Assembly (NCBI GenBank): GCA_027022365.1
Contig: JALVYU010000011.1
Coordinates: 64,001-128,000, forward strand
Direction of reading: 5' to 3'
Origin: Desulfurococcales archaeon
GTDB lineage: Archaea; Thermoproteota; Thermoprotei_A; Sulfolobales; Desulfurococcaceae
DNA length: 64,000 nt
Shown: positions 1-9,623 of the stretch, in pieces
How the letters are laid out: the number at the start of each line of letters is the position of its first letter
Numbering within the stretch: the first letter of the stretch is position 1
Translations under genes and position numbers: made by a program
The notes under the pieces: generated by a model
The model's input: only the letters and a program-made list of their open reading frames with translations
Told to the model about the DNA's origin: nothing
Database searches by the model: none

Positions 1-511
1 CATAAACAAGTACCTGGCAATAATGAACAAATCGCATCGTATGTTCCCAGTATTTCCGACGGAGGCTACTTAGGCTTCAGAACTTTAATTAGCGGCTCCT
101 CCTTCCATACCCTCGCGATTGTGCCATACATCTTTTCTAGGAAAACGATTGTATTAACCATGTGTCTGAGGGGCAGGGCTTCTTCTGGTGTATAAGATGG
201 AGGATTAATGATATCAGTTACACATAGAGGATTGTTTATTCTAGGCTTGTATGCCAGAACATATATGGGATGTGCTGGGAGCTTTTTCCAAGCCGTACGT
301 ATACTCGAGCTCTATGATGGCCGTCTAGAATATAGTTATAGTAATCTCCTATGTTATTTTATACGACTATTACTGGTACCTTGTATTCTTTGAGGAGAGC
401 CAAGTATAAAACTAGTCCAAGCTTGTCTGATTATATGGTAGGTTGTGTTGCATACAGGTTTAATGGATCTAATTCTTTGATCCCGATATACCTTATAACG
501 CTATACTTCAT
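1..511 (-). pseudogene. Degenerate ParB/Sulfiredoxin-like (ParBc) domain gene with in-frame stops and a frameshift; may run off the window edge
   Basis: Manual translation from ATG at 511: MKYSVIRYIGIKELDPLNLYATQPTI*SDKLGLVLYLALLKEYKVPVIVV*NNIGDYYNYILDGHHRARV. The TQ..PVIVV..ILDGHHR pattern is the ParBc signature. A coding-like continuation lies in another frame (WKKLPAHPIYVL...). Confidence 0.6.
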
Positions 512-601
512 TCCAATAAGATCTATGATTTCACGGGGTTTTGATAAAATCCTTATGCGTCGACAGAGGTAGGTGTGAAGGTGTATTACGTAATTATTTC
601 C

Positions 602-1408
602 TCATACGAGCCGGTATTCTTTTCCCGCATAGAGTATTACTCTCGCATCCCGCTTCATTTCCTCTAACAATGTCTTCTCGAGGGGAGGTAGCTTCTCGGC
701 TTCTCGTATGGATAATGGGAACTTCTTAATGAATTCTTCATAGTATCTCTTATCCACTGCAAGTCTACCCACGACTTCAATACGGCCCTGGTAGACTAGC
801 GTGTTAAACATAGATCCTAGTGCATTCATTGCCTCGTTAATATACATAATCGGTTTTGGTAGCCCCTTCTCTTCTTTTTTGTTCTTCTTTTCCTTGGTAC
901 TCCGGGTTTTTGCTTTCTTTAGTTCCTCTCTAATTTTATCGAGCTCTTGTCTAAGACTAGATACTTGCTTCTCTATTCTTATGATCTCTTTCTCGATCTG
1001 ACGTATCTTCTCATCTAGATTGGTTAGAGGTTCTTCCGTAGTTCTTGGATATGTTGTTTTGCGTTCTTGTGCTTTAATCTCAGCTTCTACTTCTTGTTCT
1101 TCGGTCAATATAACCTCATGTGTAGCTTCTTCACTTCGAGCTTCTCTAGGGACTTCTTCGATGTTCTCTTCTCTAGGTCCACCAAACTTGTTAACAAACC
1201 ATTCACCCTTATCCGTCAATATGTATCCTTTCCCTGCTTTCTCGATGTAGCCATTATTGCGTAGCCTGTAGACAACAGTTCTTGCGAGCGACATGGATAT
1301 CCCTAGGGTTGCGGCAATATCTTTTATTGTAGCTCCGCTATATTCTTTGAGGAACTCGAGTATTCTTAGCATTAGCGTTTTCTTAGGCACTTTCTCATCC
1401 CTGATCAA
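602..1408 (-). CDS. Winged helix-turn-helix (MarR/Lrp-like N-terminus) protein with central coiled coil
   Basis: N-terminal wHTH (ATIKDIAATLGISMSLARTVVYRLRNNGYIEK..YILTDKG) followed by an E/K-rich coiled coil. Confidence 0.75.
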   Translation of the reverse strand: MIRDEKVPKKTLMLRILEFLKEYSGATIKDIAATLGISMSLARTVVYRLRNNGYIEKAGKGYILTDKGEWFVNKFGGPREENIEEVPREARSEEATHEVILTEEQEVEAEIKAQERKTTYPRTTEEPLTNLDEKIRQIEKEIIRIEKQVSSLRQELDKIREELKKAKTRSTKEKKNKKEEKGLPKPIMYINEAMNALGSMFNTLVYQGRIEVVGRLAVDKRYYEEFIKKFPLSIREAEKLPPLEKTLLEEMKRDARVILYAGKEYRLV

Positions 1409-1520
1409 ATTATTATGTTTTTAAGCGGTAATAATCTGTCGCGTTGAGGCGGAATTGTTATAAGGAGTTTTTTCGATAGCTGTGTTAGGTATGCCTAACA
1501 GGAGATGTATGGTGTAGGTT

Positions 1521-2243
1521 ATGTCGCAGGGATTATTTGATGAAGAAACAATAAGTGCACTAAGATCGATATTCGGGCAAATGAAGAAGGAACTCGTTGA
1601 TATACTGGTAGTTGATGATCCAATGGCTCCATCTAGTGGAACTCCAAGTTGTGCGACATGTAAAGAAGCAAAGATCCTTGCTGAGGAGCTTGAAAGGATC
1701 AGTGGGGGTAAGCTGAAGTTCCACATAATTGGCAAAAATAGTCCGGAAGCAAAGCTCTTGAAGCCCAGATATCTTCCCGCATTCATTTATGATACGCCGA
1801 AGAGAAATATTAGGTACTATGGATTGCCTAGTGGGCAGGAGTTTGCACCGTTCATATACATTCATCGATATGTTGATTGGGGTAATGTGAAGCTACAGGA
1901 GAGTGTGATCAAAATAATTAAAGAAATAGATGTGCCTCTTCATATAAAGATATTTGTAACCCCTGAATGCCCGTACTGCCCGCTTGTCGTCGATCAATTC
2001 AATCAGTTCGGCCTAGTAAACAGCAAGCTGATTGTCGAAACCATAGAAGCCATGGAAAACCCGCGTGAAGCAGATATCTATGGTGTATCATACGTACCCG
2101 ATGTGGTAATAACAGATCCGTCAGAATATGATACCTATGGCGCACCACCAGTAGAACGAATAAACGGGTACCTACCAGCTGAGCAGACAGTATTATTCCT
2201 TAAATCAGCCGCTGAGAAAATAGCCTCTAAGTCGAGGCGTTAA
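1521..2243 (+). CDS. Protein disulfide oxidoreductase (PDO; two thioredoxin folds)
   Basis: Two CXXC motifs (CATC, CPYC), the IRYYGLPSGQEF motif and 240 aa length typical of hyperthermophile PDO. Confidence 0.9.
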   Translation: MSQGLFDEETISALRSIFGQMKKELVDILVVDDPMAPSSGTPSCATCKEAKILAEELERISGGKLKFHIIGKNSPEAKLLKPRYLPAFIYDTPKRNIRYYGLPSGQEFAPFIYIHRYVDWGNVKLQESVIKIIKEIDVPLHIKIFVTPECPYCPLVVDQFNQFGLVNSKLIVETIEAMENPREADIYGVSYVPDVVITDPSEYDTYGAPPVERINGYLPAEQTVLFLKSAAEKIASKSRR

Positions 2244-2248
2244 TAAAA

Positions 2249-2671
2249 TTGACATCTACTCCAGCGTGTAGAAAATACAATCTCAGCCGAAGAGCGGAGG
2301 AATACCTTGAATTAATTCATATCATGCTAAAGAACGGGGAAAGGCCGAAGATTAGGGAGATTGCGCGTCGTCTGGGTGTTAGGCCTAGCAGTGTTGTCGA
2401 GTACCTCAAGAGACTGGAGAGCAAGGGATATATTGTGTACGAGAAAGGCGGGCACATATACTTGACGGAGAAAGGCCTCAAGTATGCTGAGTCGATCTAT
2501 GAGAGACACAAGATTCTCACGAAATTCCTAGAACTTCTCGGAGTCCCACATGATGTTGCTGAAGAAGATGCGTGTTATATCGAGCATGGCATACATGATA
2601 TAACACTTGAAAAAATAATTAGTTTTATCAAGAAATGTGGTAGTTTCCTCGATGAGATCAATACGAAATAA
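2249..2671 (+). CDS. DtxR/MntR family metal-dependent transcriptional regulator
   Basis: EEYLELI, HTH (IARRLGVRPSSV), RHKIL..FL and AEEDACYIEH motifs. Confidence 0.92.
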   Translation: MTSTPACRKYNLSRRAEEYLELIHIMLKNGERPKIREIARRLGVRPSSVVEYLKRLESKGYIVYEKGGHIYLTEKGLKYAESIYERHKILTKFLELLGVPHDVAEEDACYIEHGIHDITLEKIISFIKKCGSFLDEINTK

Positions 2672-2676
2672 GAACG

Positions 2677-3486
2677 CTAGGCTCTCCTTCTACTGAAGAA
2701 TTTTTCAAGCCTAACAACTAGTTTGATCGGATCATCATCAAAAACACAACAGTATCTATTATTGCACTTGAAAAATCCTCCATCGTTTTCTAGATTATTT
2801 CTATCGATACAAATAAATGTTCTTTTTCTCACTTTCATACCCGGTAATAGGTTCTTTATAGACACTATTCTTATGGGGGGAGTTGCAAACATGTTTCTAC
2901 CCCATACTATTATCTTGGAGGCGAGAACGTTTAGATTATCGTTCATGAAACCAATAAGTATCTCCTTGCTCCTACGACCCTGTATTTCAAGTAAATTACT
3001 CCTAGACAATAAGCGCTCAGTAGCCTCCAATAACCGTTTGTACATCCTATAATAGTTTAGTCTCTTCCAAATATTTGAGACCGGATTATCATTCTCCATG
3101 GTTTTGATTATGTCGATTGCTTTATCCATGGCATCTACCGGGTTGTTCGAGATGAGGTAAAAGCCGATGAAAGCACCTAAGAAATAGTATTTGTTTATTG
3201 GTTCAAACGTGACCCATTTCTCCTTAATACTGGTTGTTCTAAGGATATGTATGTATGATTCTGAAATTGGTTTATTCAGTATTACAACTATGTCTCTAGC
3301 GGCTTCGTGTTGTTGATCGTTAGTAGTAATCATTATGTTTTCTCCATGTAGTGACGCTGCCAGAACATCGTTATCCATTGTTAGTGGTATGTTCTCAATT
3401 TCCGATAGGTCTGAACCTGTAGCAATATATCCTGCAAGAAGAAATATTAGCTTGTCATCTACTGTTGCTTGACCAAACAATTTCAT
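2677..3486 (-). CDS. Hypothetical protein, possibly a highly diverged ThiD/ThiN-like protein
   Basis: 269-aa ORF. The mid-region FLGAFIGFYLISNNPVDAMDKAIDII resembles the ribokinase/ThiD C-terminal helix, and the end VFDDDPIKLVVRLEK resembles the ThiN C-terminus. The similarity is weak. Confidence 0.5.
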   Translation of the reverse strand: MKLFGQATVDDKLIFLLAGYIATGSDLSEIENIPLTMDNDVLAASLHGENIMITTNDQQHEAARDIVVILNKPISESYIHILRTTSIKEKWVTFEPINKYYFLGAFIGFYLISNNPVDAMDKAIDIIKTMENDNPVSNIWKRLNYYRMYKRLLEATERLLSRSNLLEIQGRRSKEILIGFMNDNLNVLASKIIVWGRNMFATPPIRIVSIKNLLPGMKVRKRTFICIDRNNLENDGGFFKCNNRYCCVFDDDPIKLVVRLEKFFSRRRA

Positions 3487-3540
3487 CTGGTATTGTCACC
3501 CAGTTAAAAACATTATTTTAGTGGTTTAAGAAAATGGTAC

Positions 3541-3610
3541 TCCGGATGAAGAAGGTCCCGAACACATCTAGAGCCTTCCTCGGCGATGATGAAGCGGTGG
3601 CTGTCGGATC
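3541..3610 (+). ncRNA. Candidate box C/D guide sRNA
   Basis: GC-rich intergenic island containing GATGAAGA (C-like), a small hairpin GCC-TTCCTC-GGC, GATGATGA (C'), 12-nt AGCGGTGGCTGT and CGGA (D-like). The TCCG/CGGA termini are complementary. Confidence 0.45.
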
Positions 3611-4328
3611 AAATTATTCTAAGTACATAAAGAACTAGGATAGAAGCCTCAAAGAGTATGCTGGCAAGTAAAAGAACGACATACTTTTTTTCTGAACGAT
3701 AGGGCAGAAGCGTCTTGAGAGGCAATTCGAGCCTATAGTAATTGTTTTCCCAGACAATCCGGCTGTACTCTATCATGCTAGCGGTTGCTGGGCCGAGTCT
3801 CTTCCAGGCTTTCTCTCCTTTAAGAGCCCCGATCGCGAGGGACTCCATCATATCATGTAGTCCCGCAGGCATAGTTCTCCATAGGATTATGGGCGTGATT
3901 GCCTTGTCACCCAACCCTATTTTTATGAGGAAATTGGATAGCTGGACAGGACTAATTATCGAGCCGGCGAATAAGACTAGGAATGAGATATACGTGGTTC
4001 TGAAATAGATCATGCTAGCATCTATGGGGGATATGTGGGCCGCGAAACCGAGAAATCCGAATAGGTACGCGGTTAAGCCATACCATATCCCTGGGATACT
4101 TGATAATGCCAGGCTTGCTCCTGCCCACCATCTGTTAAAGCCTAGGAGGCCTGTTATTGACAGTATTAGGACAGGTATGTAGGGCTCGTTATAAAATGGG
4201 ATATAGATCAATGCTGAGAGGATAATTATTGTTATTTTCAGCACGCTCGGCGCTGCTCTTAATCCGGTCTCCCCGCTCATGAACAGGGACCTATAGATTA
4301 GCCCGACAAGTGCACCTATTATTTGCAT
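3609..4328 (-). CDS. ECF transporter transmembrane T component (EcfT/CbiQ-like)
   Basis: Multi-TM protein directly downstream of a dual ABC ATPase and an S component; likely start MQIIG overlaps the ATPase stop. Confidence 0.75.
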   Translation of the reverse strand: MQIIGALVGLIYRSLFMSGETGLRAAPSVLKITIIILSALIYIPFYNEPYIPVLILSITGLLGFNRWWAGASLALSSIPGIWYGLTAYLFGFLGFAAHISPIDASMIYFRTTYISFLVLFAGSIISPVQLSNFLIKIGLGDKAITPIILWRTMPAGLHDMMESLAIGALKGEKAWKRLGPATASMIEYSRIVWENNYYRLELPLKTLLPYRSEKKYVVLLLASILFEASILVLYVLRII

Positions 4329-5650
4329 TTTAACACGCCTCCTTCGATCACGCATGTTTTATCATAGATGCTGTGTAGCCTCTTGTCATGTGATGCAATA
4401 ACTACTGCTTTACCACTACTTGCAGTGGCGAGAATGGAGTCGATCACTTTCCTAACTATATAATTATCAAGACCGCCGCTCGGCTCATCAAAGAGGAAAA
4501 TATCATACCCTGCGAGAAAAGCTGACGCTAGGGCGGCTCTCCTTCTTTCCCCACTGCTTGTCTCCGCCAATGGTTTCTCAAGAATATGCTTTATACCGAA
4601 TTCTTCCGCGGTAGCCGTGATTTTTTCCTCGCTGCAACCTCTTCCGCAGGCCAGTTTTAGTTCTTCTTTGATTGTGGCTCCTGAGAAGTACAGGAGCGGG
4701 TTTTCTGGAATAAGTATTGTCTTTCCTTTACGCATCACTACTCCTCTCGAAGGCTTGTATATTCCAGCGAGTATTTTCAAGAGAGTTGATTTACCGGCTC
4801 CGTTTGATCCCGTAATGCCTATGATCTCTCCTTTACCTACAGTAATTGATATGCCTTTTAGAACGGGTTTTTGTCCCGGATAACTGTACCAGATATTATC
4901 AGCAACTAATAAAACATCATTTCCTCTACTTCTCATGGTCTCTGATGCGAAGCCTTCCTTTGGAGGTGTGGGCACCTTATCTTCTCGGAAAACCCCTTCA
5001 TATACTGGCCTTCCGTTCTCCAGCACTAAGAGTTTAGGTGAGAGACGAGCCCATAGTAATGGATCATGATCAACTATGATAGCGGAGCCCCCGTTTTCGA
5101 GATGTTTCTTTACCAGGTTAACGAATTCTTTCTTGCCTTGCTCATCAATATATACTCCAGGCTCATCCATGAAGAGTACTTTTCCGCCCTTGTCGATATT
5201 CGAAGCCCAAAGGAGACGCTGGATCTGCCCAGCGCTTAGACCATAGGTTATATGGTCTCTGAGCCGTCCTAGACCATATATACTGAGTCTGGAGGGGTTA
5301 CACTGGAGGCCTAGCACGGAGAATGATAGACAATACTCGGTCTCGACCGTGTGGCCCAGCACGCCGTACCATGGATCCTGCGGGATATATCCGATTATCT
5401 GGAAAATCTTTTCGGGTTTTTCACGGTACGGATTTATCCCCGAGACAATAACTTCTCCCCTAAAATACCCGTTTCTCGAGAGCTTGATGAGGCCCAGCAG
5501 GGATTTGAGAAGAGTGGATTTACCACTACCCGATCTCCCAGTTATAACTAGGGCTTCGCCATAATCAACCTGCAGAAACACGTCTTTTATAGAAAATCCT
5601 CCCTTATACCCTGCCTCACTCACCTTGGCCTTGACCGCTGCTTGAGACAT
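4319..5650 (-). CDS. ECF transporter ATPase with two ABC domains (EcfA/A')
   Basis: Two Walker A motifs (GRSGSGKST, GSNGAGKST), signatures LSAGQ and TSSGE, Walker B FMDEP and FLFDEP. Confidence 0.9.
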   Translation of the reverse strand: MSQAAVKAKVSEAGYKGGFSIKDVFLQVDYGEALVITGRSGSGKSTLLKSLLGLIKLSRNGYFRGEVIVSGINPYREKPEKIFQIIGYIPQDPWYGVLGHTVETEYCLSFSVLGLQCNPSRLSIYGLGRLRDHITYGLSAGQIQRLLWASNIDKGGKVLFMDEPGVYIDEQGKKEFVNLVKKHLENGGSAIIVDHDPLLWARLSPKLLVLENGRPVYEGVFREDKVPTPPKEGFASETMRSRGNDVLLVADNIWYSYPGQKPVLKGISITVGKGEIIGITGSNGAGKSTLLKILAGIYKPSRGVVMRKGKTILIPENPLLYFSGATIKEELKLACGRGCSEEKITATAEEFGIKHILEKPLAETSSGERRRAALASAFLAGYDIFLFDEPSGGLDNYIVRKVIDSILATASSGKAVVIASHDKRLHSIYDKTCVIEGGVLKCK

Positions 5651-6389
5651 ATCCTGCACGCCTCAGCCATGATGCCAGTGGTATGGCTATGGCAGCACCT
5701 ATTACTGCTTGGCCTATATTGACTGGTACCTCAATAAACGCCGCGGCTGGCGGTCTCCCCGTTAATGGATTACTCACAAAGTACTCGTATAGCAGGTAGC
5801 CTGTAACCATTATTAGACCCGACAACAACACGGCAGCAGCCTCTCCTCCATATACGTTCTTTGCGACACTATATGCGATGAGAGCTCCTAGGACGAAGGC
5901 AATAATTATCCATACTGCAAGAGGGATCTCGATCAATGGGGATTCAAACTTAAAGCTGAGCCACTGCTCCGGCCCAACATATATTTTCCCCCTCCAGTAG
6001 AACACCGAGAAGGACAGTAACAATGCAGTATAACAAGCACCAGTCAATGCACCAATAGCTTTGCCACGCAGCCCTTTAAACCTCCTAGCAAGATATCCGG
6101 CCACGTAGCCCTCAGTAAACTTAATAACTAGTGTTGCAGGAGCGAATATCCCATAACCCGTTGATAAGTCTGCAAGACTCGATCCTATGCCTCCCGCTAT
6201 ACCGGCAACCAATGGCCCGGCTGTAAGGGCTGCTAGGTAGATCATTGCCTCTCCTAGGTTGAAGTATCCACCCGTAGCCGGCTGATATATCTGTAAAGCA
6301 ACTGTGGCGACGTAAACAGCTACTGTATACGCTATAGTTAGTAGAAGCTCCTTACTGTGTGTCTTCATTTCCTTCACCAATAAATACAT
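5616..6389 (-). CDS. ECF transporter substrate-binding S component (HmpT/PdxU2-like)
   Basis: PATGGYFNLGEAMIYLAAL..GGIGSSLADL motif typical of this S-component family; multi-TM. Confidence 0.85.
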   Translation of the reverse strand: MYLLVKEMKTHSKELLLTIAYTVAVYVATVALQIYQPATGGYFNLGEAMIYLAALTAGPLVAGIAGGIGSSLADLSTGYGIFAPATLVIKFTEGYVAGYLARRFKGLRGKAIGALTGACYTALLLSFSVFYWRGKIYVGPEQWLSFKFESPLIEIPLAVWIIIAFVLGALIAYSVAKNVYGGEAAAVLLSGLIMVTGYLLYEYFVSNPLTGRPPAAAFIEVPVNIGQAVIGAAIAIPLASWLRRAGYVSSSGQGQGE

Positions 6390-6433
6390 TCTTGCCTTTC
6401 TGAATTAATATAAAGTTTTTTCTTTAAGAATCC

Positions 6434-7765
6434 CTAGGATAATCGATAGACAGTGTTCAAAAACTCCCTTCCCTTATCAGTTAACCTATATTTTCTAATA
6501 CCCTGCTCCACATACGATTTGATAAGCCCCATTTTCTCCAGCTCTCTAAGATGCTGGTAGACGGCCTGAACAGATATCTTCACCCCGAGGAGCTTCCACA
6601 AGCCGTAACCATGTATGGGCTCGTTCTCCGCTATTTTCTCAAGGATAATTAACTTAGTAGACGGGGGGAATACGCTTATCTCGCTTCTCGCACGACTAGG
6701 CCTGCTATAGGCTTTCGGGCCTTTCAAGCCGTGGCCCGTCAATACAACGACTGTATCGCCCTCTAGTTGTTCGGAGAGCTTCAGGACTCCGGCAAGTGCT
6801 ACGGCTGAGGATGGCTCAACAAATAACCCCTCGTTCCGTGCTAGAAGCTTAGCGGCTCTAAGTAATTCCTTCTTAGAGACCGCCAGTACATCGCTCCTAC
6901 TCAGGATCTTCGATATTTTGTCTTTAACCGGAGAATCTGAGTACATGAGGCCCGGTGGAGGCTCTTCACGACATCCATATGGTATGCCGAAGATTCTTGA
7001 ATAAACGGGGTTTCCGCAGCTCTCGATCCCTATGAGTCTCGGCATAGTTGATATTATTCCTCGATCATACATTTCCTTGTATCCATGATATACGCTATAG
7101 AGTGTTATGCCTGAACCTAGAGGTACTACAATGTTCTTGGGGACCTTCCCTAGTTGCAGGTATATTTCTATACCTATGGTCTTAAGGCCCTCGATAGATA
7201 ATGGGTTGTGGGATGTTGAGCCCGGATAAGCTTTCATCTCGGGAATCTTCTTCGAGACAATATCCAGTAGTTCATCTATTGTTTTATCAAGAACCTTTAC
7301 GTGTGCACCGTACGCTTTCATAAGGAGTATTTTCTCGGGATCTGTTTTCCTTGGAACCACGACGTACGCTTTGATCCCAGCCCTAGCACTATAGGCCGCT
7401 ACGCTTGAACCCATATTGCCATCGCTTGCTAGTAGAATTTTCTTTTCCCCAAGACTACTGGCATGACTAACGATCAGAGCGGCCGCTCGATCCCTGAAAC
7501 TACCTGTCGGGTTTCTCCCTTCATCCTTGAAGTAAACGGGTAGATTCTTGAAGAGCCTTGTAGACCTTATTAGTGGTGTCCATGCTTCGCCAAGACTTAT
7601 CTTTGTCTCTATATCGGGTAGTATTGGTGAGAAGCTCCATATGTTGGATCCCTTGAACCTTGTCCACTTCCATTTATGCCCAGGATGCATTATTTCTCTG
7701 CAAATAGGGCACTTCATAACGGGTGTTACTGTGCTGTAGCCGCATCGTGGACATATGAAGAACAA
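6434..7765 (-). CDS. Threonine synthase-like (PLP fold type II) protein fused to a C-terminal PadR-like wHTH; catalytic Lys replaced by Arg
   Basis: N-terminal CxxC..CxxC, SLGEAWTPL, NPTGSFRDR (canonical FKDR), EGLFVEPSSA, TGHGLK; C-terminal HGYGLWK..QAVYQHLRELEKMGLI..YRLTDKG. Confidence 0.85.
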   Translation of the reverse strand: MFFICPRCGYSTVTPVMKCPICREIMHPGHKWKWTRFKGSNIWSFSPILPDIETKISLGEAWTPLIRSTRLFKNLPVYFKDEGRNPTGSFRDRAAALIVSHASSLGEKKILLASDGNMGSSVAAYSARAGIKAYVVVPRKTDPEKILLMKAYGAHVKVLDKTIDELLDIVSKKIPEMKAYPGSTSHNPLSIEGLKTIGIEIYLQLGKVPKNIVVPLGSGITLYSVYHGYKEMYDRGIISTMPRLIGIESCGNPVYSRIFGIPYGCREEPPPGLMYSDSPVKDKISKILSRSDVLAVSKKELLRAAKLLARNEGLFVEPSSAVALAGVLKLSEQLEGDTVVVLTGHGLKGPKAYSRPSRARSEISVFPPSTKLIILEKIAENEPIHGYGLWKLLGVKISVQAVYQHLRELEKMGLIKSYVEQGIRKYRLTDKGREFLNTVYRLS

Positions 7766-7844
7766 TATTTTATCCCCGGGTGAGTGGCTCGTACATTCTA
7801 TCCTAATATATAATTAAGGTATTAGCTTCCACCATATTAACCAG

Positions 7845-8588
7845 TTGCGATATACTCTTCAATGGTGTAACGTATTGGCCGAGCAACTATTGACGCCCGT
7901 AGATGTTATCATTGATTCTAGAGAGGACTCCAAACATCCTGAATTTAGGAAATCATTGATCTCTAGCGGTTTAAAGGTTGCAGTCAAGAAGCTAGAGGCG
8001 GGGGACTTCCTATTGCTCGCCTCCCCTGGGAAGAGACCGGTTCTCGTTGAGAGGAAAACAATTAATGATCTGGGGAATAGTATTCGTGATAACCGTATAT
8101 GGGAACAAGCCAAACTACTCGTTGAAGCCGCCAGGAAGGATGGCTACATACCAATGATTGTCATTGAGGGATGGCTCGGTGCCCTCGAAAGATATAGGGG
8201 ATGGAAGATACAGAGTGTGCTAAGGATACTTGACACGCTTATGATAGATTTTGACATCAAGATATTGAATACACCAAACAAGTCAGCTACTATAGGATGG
8301 CTGGTATCAAAGGCTAAAAGTCTAGGCAAGACTAGCGAGAAGAGAGTTTATAGGCTACGCGTCGAGAAGAAACCTATGACTATCCAGGAGAGGATAATAT
8401 ATGTCGCTGAGGGTCTTGTTGGCCCTAAGCTGGCCCGGAAACTATTGGGAGTATTTGGTACATTGCGAAACATTGCGAATGCTAGTATCCAGGATCTTAT
8501 GAAGGTTGAAGGGATAGGTGAAAAGAGAGCTAAGGAGATATATCTCGTCTTCAATACTAGATGGGGAGGAGAAGAAAGGGAAAGGTAG
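7845..8588 (+). CDS. xpf: XPF/ERCC4 3'-flap endonuclease (short crenarchaeal form)
   Basis: IIDSRE, GDF, VERKTINDL nuclease motif; tandem HhH (GLVGPKLA, EGIGEKRA). Confidence 0.92.
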   Translation: MRYTLQWCNVLAEQLLTPVDVIIDSREDSKHPEFRKSLISSGLKVAVKKLEAGDFLLLASPGKRPVLVERKTINDLGNSIRDNRIWEQAKLLVEAARKDGYIPMIVIEGWLGALERYRGWKIQSVLRILDTLMIDFDIKILNTPNKSATIGWLVSKAKSLGKTSEKRVYRLRVEKKPMTIQERIIYVAEGLVGPKLARKLLGVFGTLRNIANASIQDLMKVEGIGEKRAKEIYLVFNTRWGGEERER

Positions 8589-8594
8589 CCCGAA

Positions 8595-9620
8595 TTGTTG
8601 TCTACATGGACAGAAACATTCTACGTTATCCTAGCATCTATAATAAGCTTCATGCTAAGCCTCCACTTGGTCCGCTGGTGGATCCATAAGGCACGCGAGA
8701 TAGGCCTGACTGGTAAAGACATGAATAAGCCCGAGGAGATACAGATCCCTGAGAGCGGCGGAATATGGGTCGGTGTCGCCGCTAGTTTCGGTCTCCTAGT
8801 CTTCATCGCGCTACAGATATACCTTTCCAAGTACAAGGAATACAATTTAGAGCTCATGGCACTAGCTCTCATGCTCTTCATGTCTAGTTTCCTCGGCTTC
8901 TTAGACGATATTCTTGGCTGGAAGAAGGGATTGAAGCCATGGAGCAAGATCATCTATATGGCCCCTCTTGCTCTCCCCATAGTAGTGATCAAGGCGGGCT
9001 ACTCCATCATAACACTGCCTATCATAGGGCCGGTTAACCTAGGCCTCATATACCCCTTAGTACTGGTCCCCATCGGTATACTCGGCGCAGCCAATGCGTT
9101 CAACATGTTGGCAGGGTATAACGGACTGGAGGCTGGACAGGGCATACTATTGATGCTGTTCACGCTCATCTACTCGTGGATCAAGGGTTTACACCCAAGC
9201 CTCGAAGCCTCAGCGATAATGTTGGCCGCAATACTGGGCTTCATGATCTATAACTGGTACCCGGCAAAAGTGTTTCCCGGCAATAGTTTTACGCATGGGC
9301 TGGGAGCATACTATGCAGCAATTGTGATTATGGGTAACTTCGAGAAATTCGGCATAATGCTCTTCACTCTCTACTTCATAGAACTAGCATTATTCTTACG
9401 TGGACTCAAAGACGGTGTCTACAAGGAGAATTTCGGCAAAGTACAGCCGGATGGCACTATCCTGCCGCCATACGAGAGGGTTTATAGCCTAACTCATCTA
9501 GCGATAAAGGCCCTGATTAGGATGAGGGGGTATGCTCGGGAGAAGGACGTCACCCTATTCATACTTTCCTTGCAGGTAATAGTCGGTGTTCTCTCCCTAG
9601 TTCTTATAAGATATGTTTAG
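8595..9620 (+). CDS. aglH: UDP-GlcNAc:dolichyl-phosphate GlcNAc-1-phosphotransferase (MraY/GPT family)
   Basis: GKDMNK, PESGG, GFLDD, NAFNMLAGYNGLEAG, YNWYPAKVFPGN motifs. Confidence 0.88.
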   Translation: MLSTWTETFYVILASIISFMLSLHLVRWWIHKAREIGLTGKDMNKPEEIQIPESGGIWVGVAASFGLLVFIALQIYLSKYKEYNLELMALALMLFMSSFLGFLDDILGWKKGLKPWSKIIYMAPLALPIVVIKAGYSIITLPIIGPVNLGLIYPLVLVPIGILGAANAFNMLAGYNGLEAGQGILLMLFTLIYSWIKGLHPSLEASAIMLAAILGFMIYNWYPAKVFPGNSFTHGLGAYYAAIVIMGNFEKFGIMLFTLYFIELALFLRGLKDGVYKENFGKVQPDGTILPPYERVYSLTHLAIKALIRMRGYAREKDVTLFILSLQVIVGVLSLVLIRYV

Positions 9621-9623
9621 ATA

